A DNA stretch of 64,000 nucleotides from Myxococcota bacterium (GTDB lineage: Bacteria; Myxococcota_A; UBA9042; PHBI01; JAWLBL01): NCBI GenBank assembly GCA_041687695.1, contig JAWLBL010000026.1, positions 1 to 64,000 on the forward strand, given 5' to 3'. Of this stretch, positions 1 to 19,765 are shown in pieces (positions within the stretch are counted from its first letter, which is position 1; the number at the start of each line of letters is the position of its first letter). A program made the translations under genes and the position numbers. The notes beneath the pieces were generated by a model. It was not told where the DNA came from. It searched no databases and worked only from the letters and a program-made list of their open reading frames with translations.

Positions 1-100
1 CCCAATCCCCACCCCCACCCCGGTCCGCTTGCGGTCCCATGCCTTGACGAATAGGCTTCCGCCATCGTTCGGGACACCGACCGTCAAGGGACCGGGGAAC

Positions 101-6811
<6,711 letters not shown>

Positions 6812-6812
6812 C

Positions 6813-8071
6813 ATGCGCCTGCTGCACACGTCCGACTGGCACCTCGGGCACACGCTGCACGCGGTGAGCCGTGACGAGGAGCACGCCCGGTTTCTGGGCT
6901 GGCTCCTCGACACGCTCGCGCGAGAGGCGGTCGACGCGCTGGTCGTGGCGGGGGACGTCTTCGAGACGGCGAACCCGCCGGCGTCGGCCCAGGGGGCGTG
7001 GTACGGCTTCCTGGCCGAGGTGCGGGCGCGCCTGCCGAACCTGGACGTGGTCGTCGTGGGCGGCAACCACGACTCGGCGGCCCGGCTGGACGCGCCGCAG
7101 CCGCTGCTGGACGCCTTCCGGGTGCACGTGGTCGGCGGGCTGCCGCGGTCCGACGGGCTGAAGGTGGATCTGCAGCGGCTGGTGGTGCCGCTGCGCGACG
7201 CGCGCGGGGACGTGGCGGCCTGGTGCGTGGCGATGCCGTACCTGCGGGTCGCCGACCTGCCCAGCGGCGGCGGGGAGGGCGGCGAGGACCCGCTGATCGC
7301 CGGGGTGCGCCAGGTCTACACGCTGGCGCTCGAGGCGGCGCGGGCCCTGCGGCAGCCGGGGCAGGCGCTGGTGGCGACCGGGCACTGCTACATGGTCGGC
7401 GGGGCGGTCAGCGAGCTGAGCGAGCGCAAGGTCCTGGGGGGCAACCAGCACGCGCTGCCGGTCGACGTGTTCCCCGACGACGTGGCGTACGTGGCGCTGG
7501 GGCACCTGCACCTGGCGCAGCGCGTCGGCGGGCGCGAGCACGTCCGCTACTCGGGCTCGCCGCTGCCGCTGTCGCTGGACGAGGCTGCCTACCCGCACCA
7601 GGTGCTGCTGGTCGAGCTGGAGGGCGAGCGGCTGCGCGAGGTGCGGCCGCTGCGGGTCCCGCGGACCGTCGAGGTGCTGCGGGTCCCGCAGGACGGGCCG
7701 GCGCCGCTGGAGGCGGTGATCGCGGCGTTGGGGGCGCTGCCGGCGGCCGGAGAGGTCGAGCCGGGGCGCGAGCCGTTCCTCGAGGTGCGGGTGGCCCTGG
7801 ACGGGCCCATGCCGGGGCTGCGGCGCGCGATCGAGGAGGCGCTGGTCGGCCGCGCGGCGCGGCTGGTGAAGCTGTCGGTGAGCTACGGCGGCGACGGACG
7901 GACGCTGGCCGAGGCGCGGCCTGCCGTCGAGCTGGGCGATCTCGCGCCCGAGGACGTGTTCCGGCGGCGGTACGCGCACTTGCACGGCGAGGCCCCGCCC
8001 GCGCCCGAGCTGCTGGCGGCGTTCCACGAGCTGATCGAGCGCGTCGCGACACAGGGCGAGGGAGGCGCGCC

Positions 8072-8075
<4 letters not shown>
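6813..8075 (+). CDS. sbcD: Exonuclease SbcCD subunit D
   Basis: HTSDWHLG, AGDVF, GNHDS and ALGHLH metallophosphoesterase motifs; upstream of sbcC. Confidence 0.95.
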
Positions 8076-11797
<3,722 letters not shown>

Positions 11798-11804
11798 GGG
11801 AGGG

Positions 11805-11834
11805 TTGACCCCGGCGCGGGAGGGGCGTTAGCCT
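11805..11834 (+). promoter_or_regulatory. Putative sigma70-type promoter for the YG-repeat precursor/rSAM operon
   Basis: TTGACC-N18-TAGCCT in the short intergenic gap ahead of ATG 11866. Confidence 0.4.
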
Positions 11835-11865
11835 GGAGTTTCCTACCGCGCGTTCAAGATTCATA

Positions 11866-12549
11866 ATGGTCAACAAACTCCACGTGTCCCGGCATGGCCT
11901 AACACCATGCCCCACCTGCAAGACCCACATCCAGGTCGCCGCCGCGCCGGCCGAGACCCGCTGCGTGTTCTGCGGGACCGCGGTCGCGCCCGGCGCTTCG
12001 GGCGACGCCACGTCGGGGCTCGGCCGCTTCCTCAGCCAGGGGCGCAGCAGCCTCCTCGCCGCCTCGATGCTAGGCCTGGGCACCATCGCGGCTTGCGACA
12101 CCGAGGAGGGCGCGGCGGTCGCCGAGGACGGCTTCGTCTCCGACGCCCCGGTCGGCGACGTCTACGGCTTGCCGCCGGACGCGTTCGAGGGCGACCTGAA
12201 GCAGCCGGACGACTCCGAAGCCGAGACTTCCGAGCCCGACGCGTCCCAGCCCGACGCCGCGAAGCAGCCGGACGTCCCTGACGCCCCGATGTACGGGCTG
12301 CCGCCCGACGTCTACGGGCCCGACGCCGACCAGCCGGACGCGTCCAGCGCCGACGCCATCGAGGACGTCGCCGTCGCCGACGAAGGGCCGCTGCCGCAGC
12401 CGCTGTACGGCCTGCCGCCGATCGAGGACGCCGGCCCGACCCACGACGTGCGCGACGACGCCGACGAGGACGCCGCCGAAGACGCCACGCAGGGCAAGGA
12501 CGACATCGTCTTCATGCCGCTGTACGGCCTGCCCCCCGGGGCCGAGTGA
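11866..12549 (+). CDS. Putative multi-site RiPP/spliceotide-type precursor: N-terminal CxxC..CxxC, lipobox-like segment, acidic region with five X-Y-G motifs
   Basis: CPTC...CVFC; LLAASMLGLGTIAAC; VYGLPP, MYGLPP, VYGP, LYGLPP, LYGLPP; stop overlaps the rSAM start (GTGA). Confidence 0.8.
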   Translation: MVNKLHVSRHGLTPCPTCKTHIQVAAAPAETRCVFCGTAVAPGASGDATSGLGRFLSQGRSSLLAASMLGLGTIAACDTEEGAAVAEDGFVSDAPVGDVYGLPPDAFEGDLKQPDDSEAETSEPDASQPDAAKQPDVPDAPMYGLPPDVYGPDADQPDASSADAIEDVAVADEGPLPQPLYGLPPIEDAGPTHDVRDDADEDAAEDATQGKDDIVFMPLYGLPPGAE

Positions 12550-13949
12550 CCGCGGGCCGCCCGCCCATCGGCGCCGCCCCCGAGGGACCGGAGGGGCTCG
12601 GCGCGAGCAGCGAGGGAGGGCAGCGCAAGCTCCTGTTCGACGGCGATCCCGGCAAGCTCGTCCGGAGCGCCCGGGCCGAGGACCAGGCGCGGCCGCACCC
12701 GCTGTACTGCGTCTGGGAGATCACGCTCGCCTGTGACCTCGGCTGCCGCCACTGCGGCTCGCGCGCCGGCAAGGCGCGCCCCAGCGAGCTGACCACCGAC
12801 GAGTGCCTCGACGTCGTGCACCAGCTCGCCGAGCTGGGCATCCGAGAGGTCACCCTCATCGGCGGCGAGGCCTACCTGCGCCCCGACTGGCACGTCATCG
12901 CCCGCGAGATCCAAGAGCTCGGGATGGTCTGCGGCATGACCACGGGCGCCCGCAACCTGACGCAGGAGCGCCTCGAGCAGGCCGTCGACGCCGGCCTGCG
13001 GGTCATCTCCATCAGCCTCGACGGCCTCGAGGCCACCCACGACGCCGTCCGGGGCGCCCGCGGCTCGTGGCGCGCCGCCGTCGCCGCCGCCCGCCGCGTC
13101 GCCGCCAGCCCGATTCGCCTCGCCTGCAACACCCAGATCAACCGCCTGTCGCTGCCCGAGCTCCCCGGCCTCGCCGATCTCCTCGGCGACCTCGGCGTCA
13201 CCGCCTGGCAGATCCAGCTCACCGTGCCCATGGGCAACGGCGCCGACCGCCCCGAGCTCCTGCTGCAGCCCTACGAGCTGCTCGAGCTCTTCCCGCTGCT
13301 CGCCTGGCTCAAGCGCGACAAGCTGGCCCCGCGCGGCGTGCAGCTCTTCCCGGGCAACAACATCGGCTACTTCACGCCCTACGAGTCTCTCCTGCGCTAC
13401 GGCGGCGACCGCGGCGCCCACTGGGCCAGCTGCTCGGCCGGCAAGTGGTCCCTCGGCCTCGAGGCGGACGGCAAGATCAAGGGCTGCCCCTCGCTGCCGT
13501 CCAACGCCTACACCGGCGGCAACATCCGCGACGTCAGCATCCGCCATGCCGTCGAAAATGCTCCCGAAATCAACCACATCCAGCGCCGCACCCGCGACGA
13601 CCTGTGGGGCTTCTGCCAGGGCTGCTACTACGCCGACGTCTGCAAGGCCGGCTGCTCGTGGACCTCGCACGTCTTCTTCGGCCGCACCGGCAACAACCCG
13701 TACTGCATCCACCGCGCCATGGAGCACGAGCGGCAGGGCGTGCGCGAGCGCCTGGTCCAGGTCGAGCGCGCGCCGGGCGAGCCCTTCGACAATGGCCGCT
13801 TCGACATCGTGGTCGAGCCCATCCCCGAGGGGGACGACGCGGCCGCGCCCACCATCGGCGGGCTGCCCCTGGACGAGGTGATGGCCGTCACGCGCGAGCG
13901 CGGCTCCGTCTGGAGCAAGGCCCAGCTGGTCGAGAAGCTGAAGGCCTGA
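12546..13949 (+). CDS. Radical SAM/SPASM peptide maturase, splicease (PlpX)-like
   Basis: VWEITLACDLGCRHCGSRAG (CxxxCxxC), LIGGEAYLR, SPASM cysteines CSAG..GCP..CQGCYYADVCKAGC..NNPYC. Confidence 0.88.
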   Translation: MTAGRPPIGAAPEGPEGLGASSEGGQRKLLFDGDPGKLVRSARAEDQARPHPLYCVWEITLACDLGCRHCGSRAGKARPSELTTDECLDVVHQLAELGIREVTLIGGEAYLRPDWHVIAREIQELGMVCGMTTGARNLTQERLEQAVDAGLRVISISLDGLEATHDAVRGARGSWRAAVAAARRVAASPIRLACNTQINRLSLPELPGLADLLGDLGVTAWQIQLTVPMGNGADRPELLLQPYELLELFPLLAWLKRDKLAPRGVQLFPGNNIGYFTPYESLLRYGGDRGAHWASCSAGKWSLGLEADGKIKGCPSLPSNAYTGGNIRDVSIRHAVENAPEINHIQRRTRDDLWGFCQGCYYADVCKAGCSWTSHVFFGRTGNNPYCIHRAMEHERQGVRERLVQVERAPGEPFDNGRFDIVVEPIPEGDDAAAPTIGGLPLDEVMAVTRERGSVWSKAQLVEKLKA

Positions 13950-13958
13950 CCGCGCCGC

Positions 13959-14711
13959 TCAGTGGCTGGCGATGGCGGCCTGGAAGACCAGCTCGCCGTC
14001 TCCCAGCGGCAGCGTCGCGCCGAAGGTGAAGGCGTCCGCGCCGCGCCGGTAGTGGCGGTCGTACTCGTAGCGCACGTTGGCCGGCTCGGCCGGGCGCACC
14101 AGCGACACGAGCGCCGCGGTGCGTCCGTTGAAGTAGACGAGCTCGTCGCCGCACCGGGCGAGCACGCGCCCCTTGGCCGCCCGGCCGCCGCAGGCCGACA
14201 CGCCCGCGCGGCCGAAGGTGTAGCGCGCCGTGTCGAAGGTCAGCGGGCGCGGCCCGGCGCTGCCCGCGTTGGGGTCGGTCCAGTCGACCAGCGTCTGTCC
14301 GCTCTTCGCTTCCAACACCAGCAGGCCCGCCGGGTCCGCGACGACGATGAGGTCCTCGAGCTGCACGACCCCGGTGATGGCGTCCTCGACCGGCCAGACG
14401 AGCCACGGCGACTGCTCGTGCGTGCCCCGCGCCACGGCGTCCATGACGACCTCGTGGTCGGCGAAGCGCTTGGGCAGCTTGACCTTCCACAGCGTCTTGC
14501 CGCTACGGTCGACCAGGCGGACGCCGTCGACCCGGAAGACCTTGGCCTTCTTGTCGGGCGACCGGGCCCCGCGGGCTGCGGCGACGCTGAAGTGCAGGCG
14601 CGGGCCCTCGGCGGCCTCGGCCATGACGGGGCCGGTCTGCGCCGCGGCGCTGCCGGAGAGCGCGGCGGCGAACGTCACGGTGACAGCGATGACCCAGGCG
14701 CGAATCGGCAT
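13959..14711 (-). CDS. Hypothetical secreted protein (possible beta-propeller fragment)
   Basis: Signal peptide ending in AAA-Q; GKTLWKVKL/GQTLVDW motifs resemble PQQ-type blades; GGAGG RBS upstream. Confidence 0.6.
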   Translation of the reverse strand: MPIRAWVIAVTVTFAAALSGSAAAQTGPVMAEAAEGPRLHFSVAAARGARSPDKKAKVFRVDGVRLVDRSGKTLWKVKLPKRFADHEVVMDAVARGTHEQSPWLVWPVEDAITGVVQLEDLIVVADPAGLLVLEAKSGQTLVDWTDPNAGSAGPRPLTFDTARYTFGRAGVSACGGRAAKGRVLARCGDELVYFNGRTAALVSLVRPAEPANVRYEYDRHYRRGADAFTFGATLPLGDGELVFQAAIASH

Positions 14712-14755
14712 GGCGTAACCTCCCCCAAAGGCGGAGGAACCTTACCAGCGGCGCG

Positions 14756-15745
14756 TCAGCGAAGCCAGCCAGCGTCGCGGTACCACCGCGCCGTGTGGGC
14801 CGCGCCCTCGTCGAACCGCAGCGTCGGCCGCCAGCCCAGCTCGTCCCGCAGCGGGCTCGCGTCGCAGACCCAGTGGCTCTGAGTCACGTCGCGCGCCTTG
14901 TCGCGGTTGAGCACCGAGTCGCGCCCCAGCGCCCGCGCCACCAGCTCGTTGACCGCCCCCACCGCCTTGACGGCCGCCGCGGGGACCGTGACGCGCCGCA
15001 CCGGTCGCCCCACCGCCTTCGAGAAGTGCTCGACCAGCTCGGTCCAGGCGTACGGGCGCCCGTCTTCGACGAAGTAGGTGCGCCCCGACGGGTGCGGCAC
15101 CTCGAGGGCCCGCGCCACGGCCTGCGCGCAGTCCGGCCCATACACCAGCGACGTCTGCCGCGCCGAGCGGACCAGCGGCAGCACCCCGCGGGCGGCCCAC
15201 TTGAACAGGGGCGCCATGCGCGTGTCGCGCGGCCCGTAGATGGCCGGCGGCCGCAGGATGGTCACGGGCAGCCGGTCGGCCACCTCGATCACCAGCCGCT
15301 CGGCCTCGAGCTTGCTGCGCCCGTAGGCGGTCACCGGCCGCGCCGGCTCGTCCGCGGCCCGCGCGTGGCCGTCCAGGCTGGGGCCGTGCGCCGACAGGCT
15401 GGACAGCAGCACGAAGCGCCGCAGCGGCGGCCCCGGCCGTCGCACGTCGAGCGCCGCGTCCAAAAGGGTCCGGGTCGGCAGGACGTTGTTGCGGTGCATG
15501 TCGGCCGGGGTGCGCACCTTGCCGCCGCCGGCGCAATGCACGATGGCGTCCACCTCGGCGACCGCGCGCAAGAGCCCCTCTCCGGTCGCCAGATCGGCGC
15601 GCACCAGCTCGACCCCCAGCTTGTCCAGGTGACCGGTGTCGCTGCTGGCGCGCACCGTCGCCCGCAGCTGGTGCCCCTGCGCGGCCAGCGCCTCGACGAT
15701 GTGTGATCCGACGAAGCCCGTCGCCCCGGTCACCAGGACCTTCAC
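14756..15745 (-). CDS. NAD-dependent epimerase/dehydratase family (extended SDR)
   Basis: GTG at 15745 (VKVLVTGATGFVG), YGRSK catalytic motif, LRPPAIYGP; start overlaps the stop of the upstream gene. Confidence 0.9.
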   Translation of the reverse strand: MKVLVTGATGFVGSHIVEALAAQGHQLRATVRASSDTGHLDKLGVELVRADLATGEGLLRAVAEVDAIVHCAGGGKVRTPADMHRNNVLPTRTLLDAALDVRRPGPPLRRFVLLSSLSAHGPSLDGHARAADEPARPVTAYGRSKLEAERLVIEVADRLPVTILRPPAIYGPRDTRMAPLFKWAARGVLPLVRSARQTSLVYGPDCAQAVARALEVPHPSGRTYFVEDGRPYAWTELVEHFSKAVGRPVRRVTVPAAAVKAVGAVNELVARALGRDSVLNRDKARDVTQSHWVCDASPLRDELGWRPTLRFDEGAAHTARWYRDAGWLR

Positions 15746-16458
15746 GCCCGCGCCTCGTGCGCGAAGCGGCGCGTCATCAACCGGCCGATCTGCAGCGCCA
15801 GCCGATGGGGCGGCACCCCGCGCGGGCTCTCGGGGAAGGTGCGGGCGCAATAGTTGATGAAGCCGGTCAGGCTGCAGAACTCGGGGCGCAGGAAGCCGGG
15901 CAGGTCCTCGGCGCGGGGGTAGTCGAAGGCCGCGGCGCGGTCGATGAAGCCGCCCGGCGTCAGGAAGGCCTGCCGGTACTCGCTGGCGCGCGGGATCACC
16001 AGATCGATGAGCCGCCGCTGGCGCGCGTAGGTCGGGTGGGTCGCCGCCTCGAGCGCCTCGAAGTACTCGCGCAGCAGCGACAGGCCGTCGGGCACCGTCT
16101 GGACGAGCTGGACGTCGTAGGTCGGCATGCCCTCGTGATAGACGAACGCCAGGTGCTTGAGCAGCGCGCCGGGCGTCGAGTGCAGCCCGTGGCCGACGCG
16201 GAAGTGCTCCCAGCCGATCTGCGACAGCACGACGGGCGTGCGCATCAGCGGGTGGCCCAGCGGCGCCCCGGCGTAGCGGCCCTGATCGCCCGCGTCCGGG
16301 GTGACCACGTAGGGCATCATCTCGGCCTGGCCCTGCAGCAGCTGCCAGGTCGTCGGGATCTGATCGACGAGCCCCGCGTCGCGGAAGACGGCGAGGCGCT
16401 CGTGGAGGTTGCGGGACGGGCGCTGCTGCATCGCGCGCGCGAGCGAGTTCGAGGCCAT
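15742..16458 (-). CDS. Hypothetical protein
   Basis: 238-aa ORF with normal composition and codon bias; coupled to the downstream SDR gene. Confidence 0.75.
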   Translation of the reverse strand: MASNSLARAMQQRPSRNLHERLAVFRDAGLVDQIPTTWQLLQGQAEMMPYVVTPDAGDQGRYAGAPLGHPLMRTPVVLSQIGWEHFRVGHGLHSTPGALLKHLAFVYHEGMPTYDVQLVQTVPDGLSLLREYFEALEAATHPTYARQRRLIDLVIPRASEYRQAFLTPGGFIDRAAAFDYPRAEDLPGFLRPEFCSLTGFINYCARTFPESPRGVPPHRLALQIGRLMTRRFAHEARA

Positions 16459-16552
16459 GAGGGCACCTTGCGTGTGGCGTGTGTGGCGGAGAGGGGCGCG
16501 TTGTAGCCACCCGCAGACTCGGATGCAAGGCCGCGGCGGATTTCAAGTCCTT

Positions 16553-17692
16553 TCAGCCGGCGGCGGCGGCGCGCCCCAACGCCTGCTCCAGATCGGCCCA
16601 CAGCGGCTCGACGGGCTCCAGCCCGAACGCCAGCCTCAGCAGCCGTCCCGAGACGCCCGATCGCGCCCGCTCGTCGGCCGTCAGCCCGATGTGCGACACG
16701 CCCGCCGGCCAGCTGACGAGCGACCGGGTGCCGCCCAGGCTGGGCGCCCTGTGGAAGCGCTCGAGCGCGTTGGCCACCCGCGCGGCGGCCTCGTCGCCGG
16801 CCGCGACCTCGAAGGACAGCACGCCGCCCGCGCCCGCCAGCAGCCGCGCCGCCCGCGCGTGGTCGGGGTGCCCCGGCAGCCCCGGGTGGTGGACCCGCGC
16901 CACCGCCGGATGCCCCGCCAGCCGCCGCGCCAGCTCGGCGCAGGTCTCGCTCTGCCGCAGGACGCGCAGCTCCAGCGTCTCGAGCCCCCGCCAGACGCGG
17001 TAGGCGGCGTCGGGGTCCAGCACGGGCCCGAGCAGCTTGCGCAGCCGCCAGACCTCCTCCATCACCGGCCCGCCGCCCGCGACGACCCCCGCCAACACGT
17101 CGTGGTGCCCGGCCAGGTACTTGGTCGCCGAGTGGACCACCAGGTGCGCGCCGTGCGCCAGCGGCCTGAGCAGCACGGGCGTCGCGAAGGTCGCGTCGAC
17201 GACGACCAGCGCGTCGGCCGGCGCCGCCGCCGCGACGGCCGGCAGGTCCGGGACGCGCAGCGTCGGGTTGGTCGGGACCTCGAGGTAGACGGTCGCGCCC
17301 TCGGGGAGCGCCCGCGCCGCGTCGACCAGCCCGTCGAGGGGCACCCGCACGAGGTCCAGCCCCAGCCCTCGCAGGACCGTCTCGGCCAGCTCGTGCGTGC
17401 CGCCGTAGACCTCGTCCTGCATCAGGACCGGGCCGCCCCGCCGCGAGGCGGCCAGCAGGGCCAGGCTGACGGCCGCCATGCCGGAGCCGGTCGCGATCGC
17501 GCGCTCGGCGCCCTCGAGCGCGGCCAGGCGCGCCTCGAGCGCGGCCACCGTCGGGTTCGACCACCGCGAGTACAGGTAGTCGTCGCGCTGGCTGGCGGCG
17601 AGCGCCTCGCCTTCGGTGTCGTCGAAGGTGAAGGTGGACGCGAGGACGACGGGCGGGACGGCGGGCACGGACGGGCGGCGCGGTGTGTTCAT
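16553..17692 (-). CDS. PLP-dependent trans-sulfuration enzyme (cystathionine gamma-synthase/lyase family)
   Basis: YSRWSNPT, SGMAA, EVPTNPTL, DATFATP, HSATKYLAGHHD (PLP lysine), SLGG. Confidence 0.92.
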   Translation of the reverse strand: MNTPRRPSVPAVPPVVLASTFTFDDTEGEALAASQRDDYLYSRWSNPTVAALEARLAALEGAERAIATGSGMAAVSLALLAASRRGGPVLMQDEVYGGTHELAETVLRGLGLDLVRVPLDGLVDAARALPEGATVYLEVPTNPTLRVPDLPAVAAAAPADALVVVDATFATPVLLRPLAHGAHLVVHSATKYLAGHHDVLAGVVAGGGPVMEEVWRLRKLLGPVLDPDAAYRVWRGLETLELRVLRQSETCAELARRLAGHPAVARVHHPGLPGHPDHARAARLLAGAGGVLSFEVAAGDEAAARVANALERFHRAPSLGGTRSLVSWPAGVSHIGLTADERARSGVSGRLLRLAFGLEPVEPLWADLEQALGRAAAAG

Positions 17693-17871
17693 GGCCTGGG
17701 ACGCTATACGATCGGTAGGGCGTCCGCCACGGTCACCGCGCCGAGGGCGCCCCGGGCGCGGGGGAGGCGCTCCGGGGGGCCGCGTCGGCCATGCTTTGGG
17801 TTGGCGCGCGTGGCGCGGATCGGTTAGACGGACCCGCGGGCCGCGGTGAGCGGCGCGTGGCGAGGTGATGG

Positions 17872-19212
17872 ATGAGCGCGAAGGGCAGGACCAACGCGGG
17901 GCGGGCCATGATGGCCTACGCGGACGCCGACGGCCGCATCTACGACCACCCCGAGCTCGAGCTGCTGGGCTGGGACGGCGAGTGCTGGCGGCCGCTCGAG
18001 GACGACGAGATCGTGCCGCTGCCCGAGGGCAGCGACCTCTTCATGCTGCCGGGGCGCCGGCCGGCCGGGCTCGATCGGGCCACCGACTCGCCGGCCATCT
18101 TCGACGAGCCGGGCGCCTTCGCGGTCAGCTGCTTCATCGCGCCCGCCTACATGCGCGTGCTGCTCCCCGCGTACGAGACGCTCGAGGACGCGCCGGCCCT
18201 GCCGCTGTTCGCCTACAGCGCCGTCGGCCTCCGCGACGGCGAGTTCGTCACCTCGTGCATCCGCGTGGACGAGGACATCCGCCAGGACCCCTTCCGCTTC
18301 GACATCGACCAGGTGGCCGCCGGCGTCGCCAAGCGCCTGTCGGCCGAGCCGGACAACCGCCTGGTCAAGCACCTCGAGCGCTGCGCCCTCGAGTACCACT
18401 GCCGCGCCGCGCAGAACTACTTCCTCGAGCGCTTCGAGGCGCCGATGCCGGCCGCCCCGACCTGCAACGCCTTCTGCGTGGGCTGCATCTCGCTGCAGCC
18501 CAAGGGCGGCGACGAGCAATACTCGGCCGCCCACGACCGCATCACCTTCCCCCCGAGCCCGGAAGAGATCGCCGGCGTCGCCCTGGGCCACATCGAGCGC
18601 GTCGGCGACGAGGCCGTCGTCAGCTTCGGCCAGGGCTGCGAGGGCGAGCCGCTCAACCAGGCCCAGAACCTCATCGACGCCGTGGCGCTCATCCGCCGAG
18701 CCACCGACCGCGGCGTGGTCAACCTCAACTCCAACGCCTCGCGCCCGCAGGCCGTCCGCCGCCTGCGCGAGGTGGGCCTGGACAGCCTGCGCATCTCGAC
18801 CAACAGCGCCCGGCCCGACGTCTACGCCGCCTACTACCGTCCCAAGGGGTACTCCTTCCAGGACGTGCGCGCCTCGGCGCGCGTCATGCGCGAGCTGGGC
18901 GGCTACGTGATGCTCAACTATTTCGTCTTCCCGGGCGTCACCGACACCCAGCCCGAGCTCGACGCCCTCAGCGCGTGGATCGACGAGGCGGGCATCGACA
19001 TGATCCAGCTGCGCAACCTCAACATCGACCCCGAGGTCTACCTGAACCTCGTGGCCGACGCCGGCGGCGCCGCCGAGCCCATGGGCCTGCTGCCCTGGCT
19101 CGACCTGCTCAAGCAGCGCCACCCGCGCCTGTCCTTCGGCTACTTCAACCCGCCTCGACGCCGCTTCACGGCCTCCGACGCCGCCCCGGCGAGGGGCGAC
19201 ACGCTCGCTTGA
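17872..19212 (+). CDS. Radical SAM protein of unknown function
   Basis: CNAFCVGC (CxxxCxxC), [17 protein letters not shown]; no SPASM domain. Confidence 0.88.
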   Translation: MSAKGRTNAGRAMMAYADADGRIYDHPELELLGWDGECWRPLEDDEIVPLPEGSDLFMLPGRRPAGLDRATDSPAIFDEPGAFAVSCFIAPAYMRVLLPAYETLEDAPALPLFAYSAVGLRDGEFVTSCIRVDEDIRQDPFRFDIDQVAAGVAKRLSAEPDNRLVKHLERCALEYHCRAAQNYFLERFEAPMPAAPTCNAFCVGCISLQPKGGDEQYSAAHDRITFPPSPEEIAGVALGHIERVGDEAVVSFGQGCEGEPLNQAQNLIDAVALIRRATDRGVVNLNSNASRPQAVRRLREVGLDSLRISTNSARPDVYAAYYRPKGYSFQDVRASARVMRELGGYVMLNYFVFPGVTDTQPELDALSAWIDEAGIDMIQLRNLNIDPEVYLNLVADAGGAAEPMGLLPWLDLLKQRHPRLSFGYFNPPRRRFTASDAAPARGDTLA

Positions 19213-19236
19213 CGGTCGCGGGCGAGTGTCTACCGT
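19209..19236 (+). promoter_or_regulatory. Putative sigma70-type promoter for the FmdB gene
   Basis: TTGACG-N16-TACCGT upstream of ATG 19268. Confidence 0.35.
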
Positions 19237-19267
19237 AGCGCCGGGCTTTTCCCGAACGGAGTCAGCG

Positions 19268-19558
19268 ATGCCTATCTACGAGTACCAGTGCGAACGCTGC
19301 GGCCACGCCCTCGAGGCGATGCAGCGGATGGCCGATCCTGCGCTTCGGACGTGCCCGAAGTGCGGTGAGGACGAGCTGCGCCGGCTCATCAGCAACACCA
19401 GCTTCGTCTTGAAGGGCTCGGGCTGGTACGTGACCGACTACAAGAGCGGCGGCGGCTCGGCCAGCAGCAGCTCGAAGTCGGACACCTCCGGCGCCTCGTC
19501 CGACACGGGCGCCAGCAAGGGCGAGAGCAAGAGCGAGCCCAAGGCCGCCGCCTCCTGA
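19268..19558 (+). CDS. FmdB-family zinc-ribbon protein
   Basis: [12 protein letters not shown]...CPKCG...[20 protein letters not shown] before ATG 19268. Confidence 0.93.
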   Translation: MPIYEYQCERCGHALEAMQRMADPALRTCPKCGEDELRRLISNTSFVLKGSGWYVTDYKSGGGSASSSSKSDTSGASSDTGASKGESKSEPKAAAS

Positions 19559-19566
19559 CCCGCGCG

Positions 19567-19597
19567 GGACGGGCCCTCGACGCGCGAGGGCTCGTCC
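19567..19597. terminator. GC-rich hairpin between convergent genes (possible terminator, no U-tract)
   Basis: GGACGGGCCCTCG-acgcg-CGAGGGCTCGTCC. Confidence 0.4.
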
Positions 19598-19666
19598 GCC
19601 TCCCGCCGACGCCGCAGGGCCCGTCGGTCTCCCGCCGTACCCGCAGGGCTCGTCCGTCTCCCGCTG
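19583..19666. repeat. Three degenerate ~29-bp direct repeats
   Basis: cgcgagggctcgtccgcctcccgccg (19583), cgcagggcccgtcggtctcccgccg (19613), cgcagggctcgtccgtctcccgctg (19642). Confidence 0.6.
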
Positions 19667-19765
19667 CGGGCGCCGATCCTGCGTTCGAAACGGCGAAGGC
19701 TGACCGCGACGCCCCGCGTCGTGACCAGCCTTCGCCGTGTGTGTGGTGTCGTCCAGGGGCCCCGG

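Noticed and set aside
6998..8071. N-terminal 358 aa of the 1599-aa ORF as an SbcC extension
   Set aside because: It is an out-of-frame shadow of sbcD; SbcC homology starts at GTG 8072.
12163..12198. YGLPPDAFEGDL as a Y-X10-GDL motif
   Set aside because: Spacing is Y-X8-GDL and it occurs once; the recurring motif is XYGLPP.
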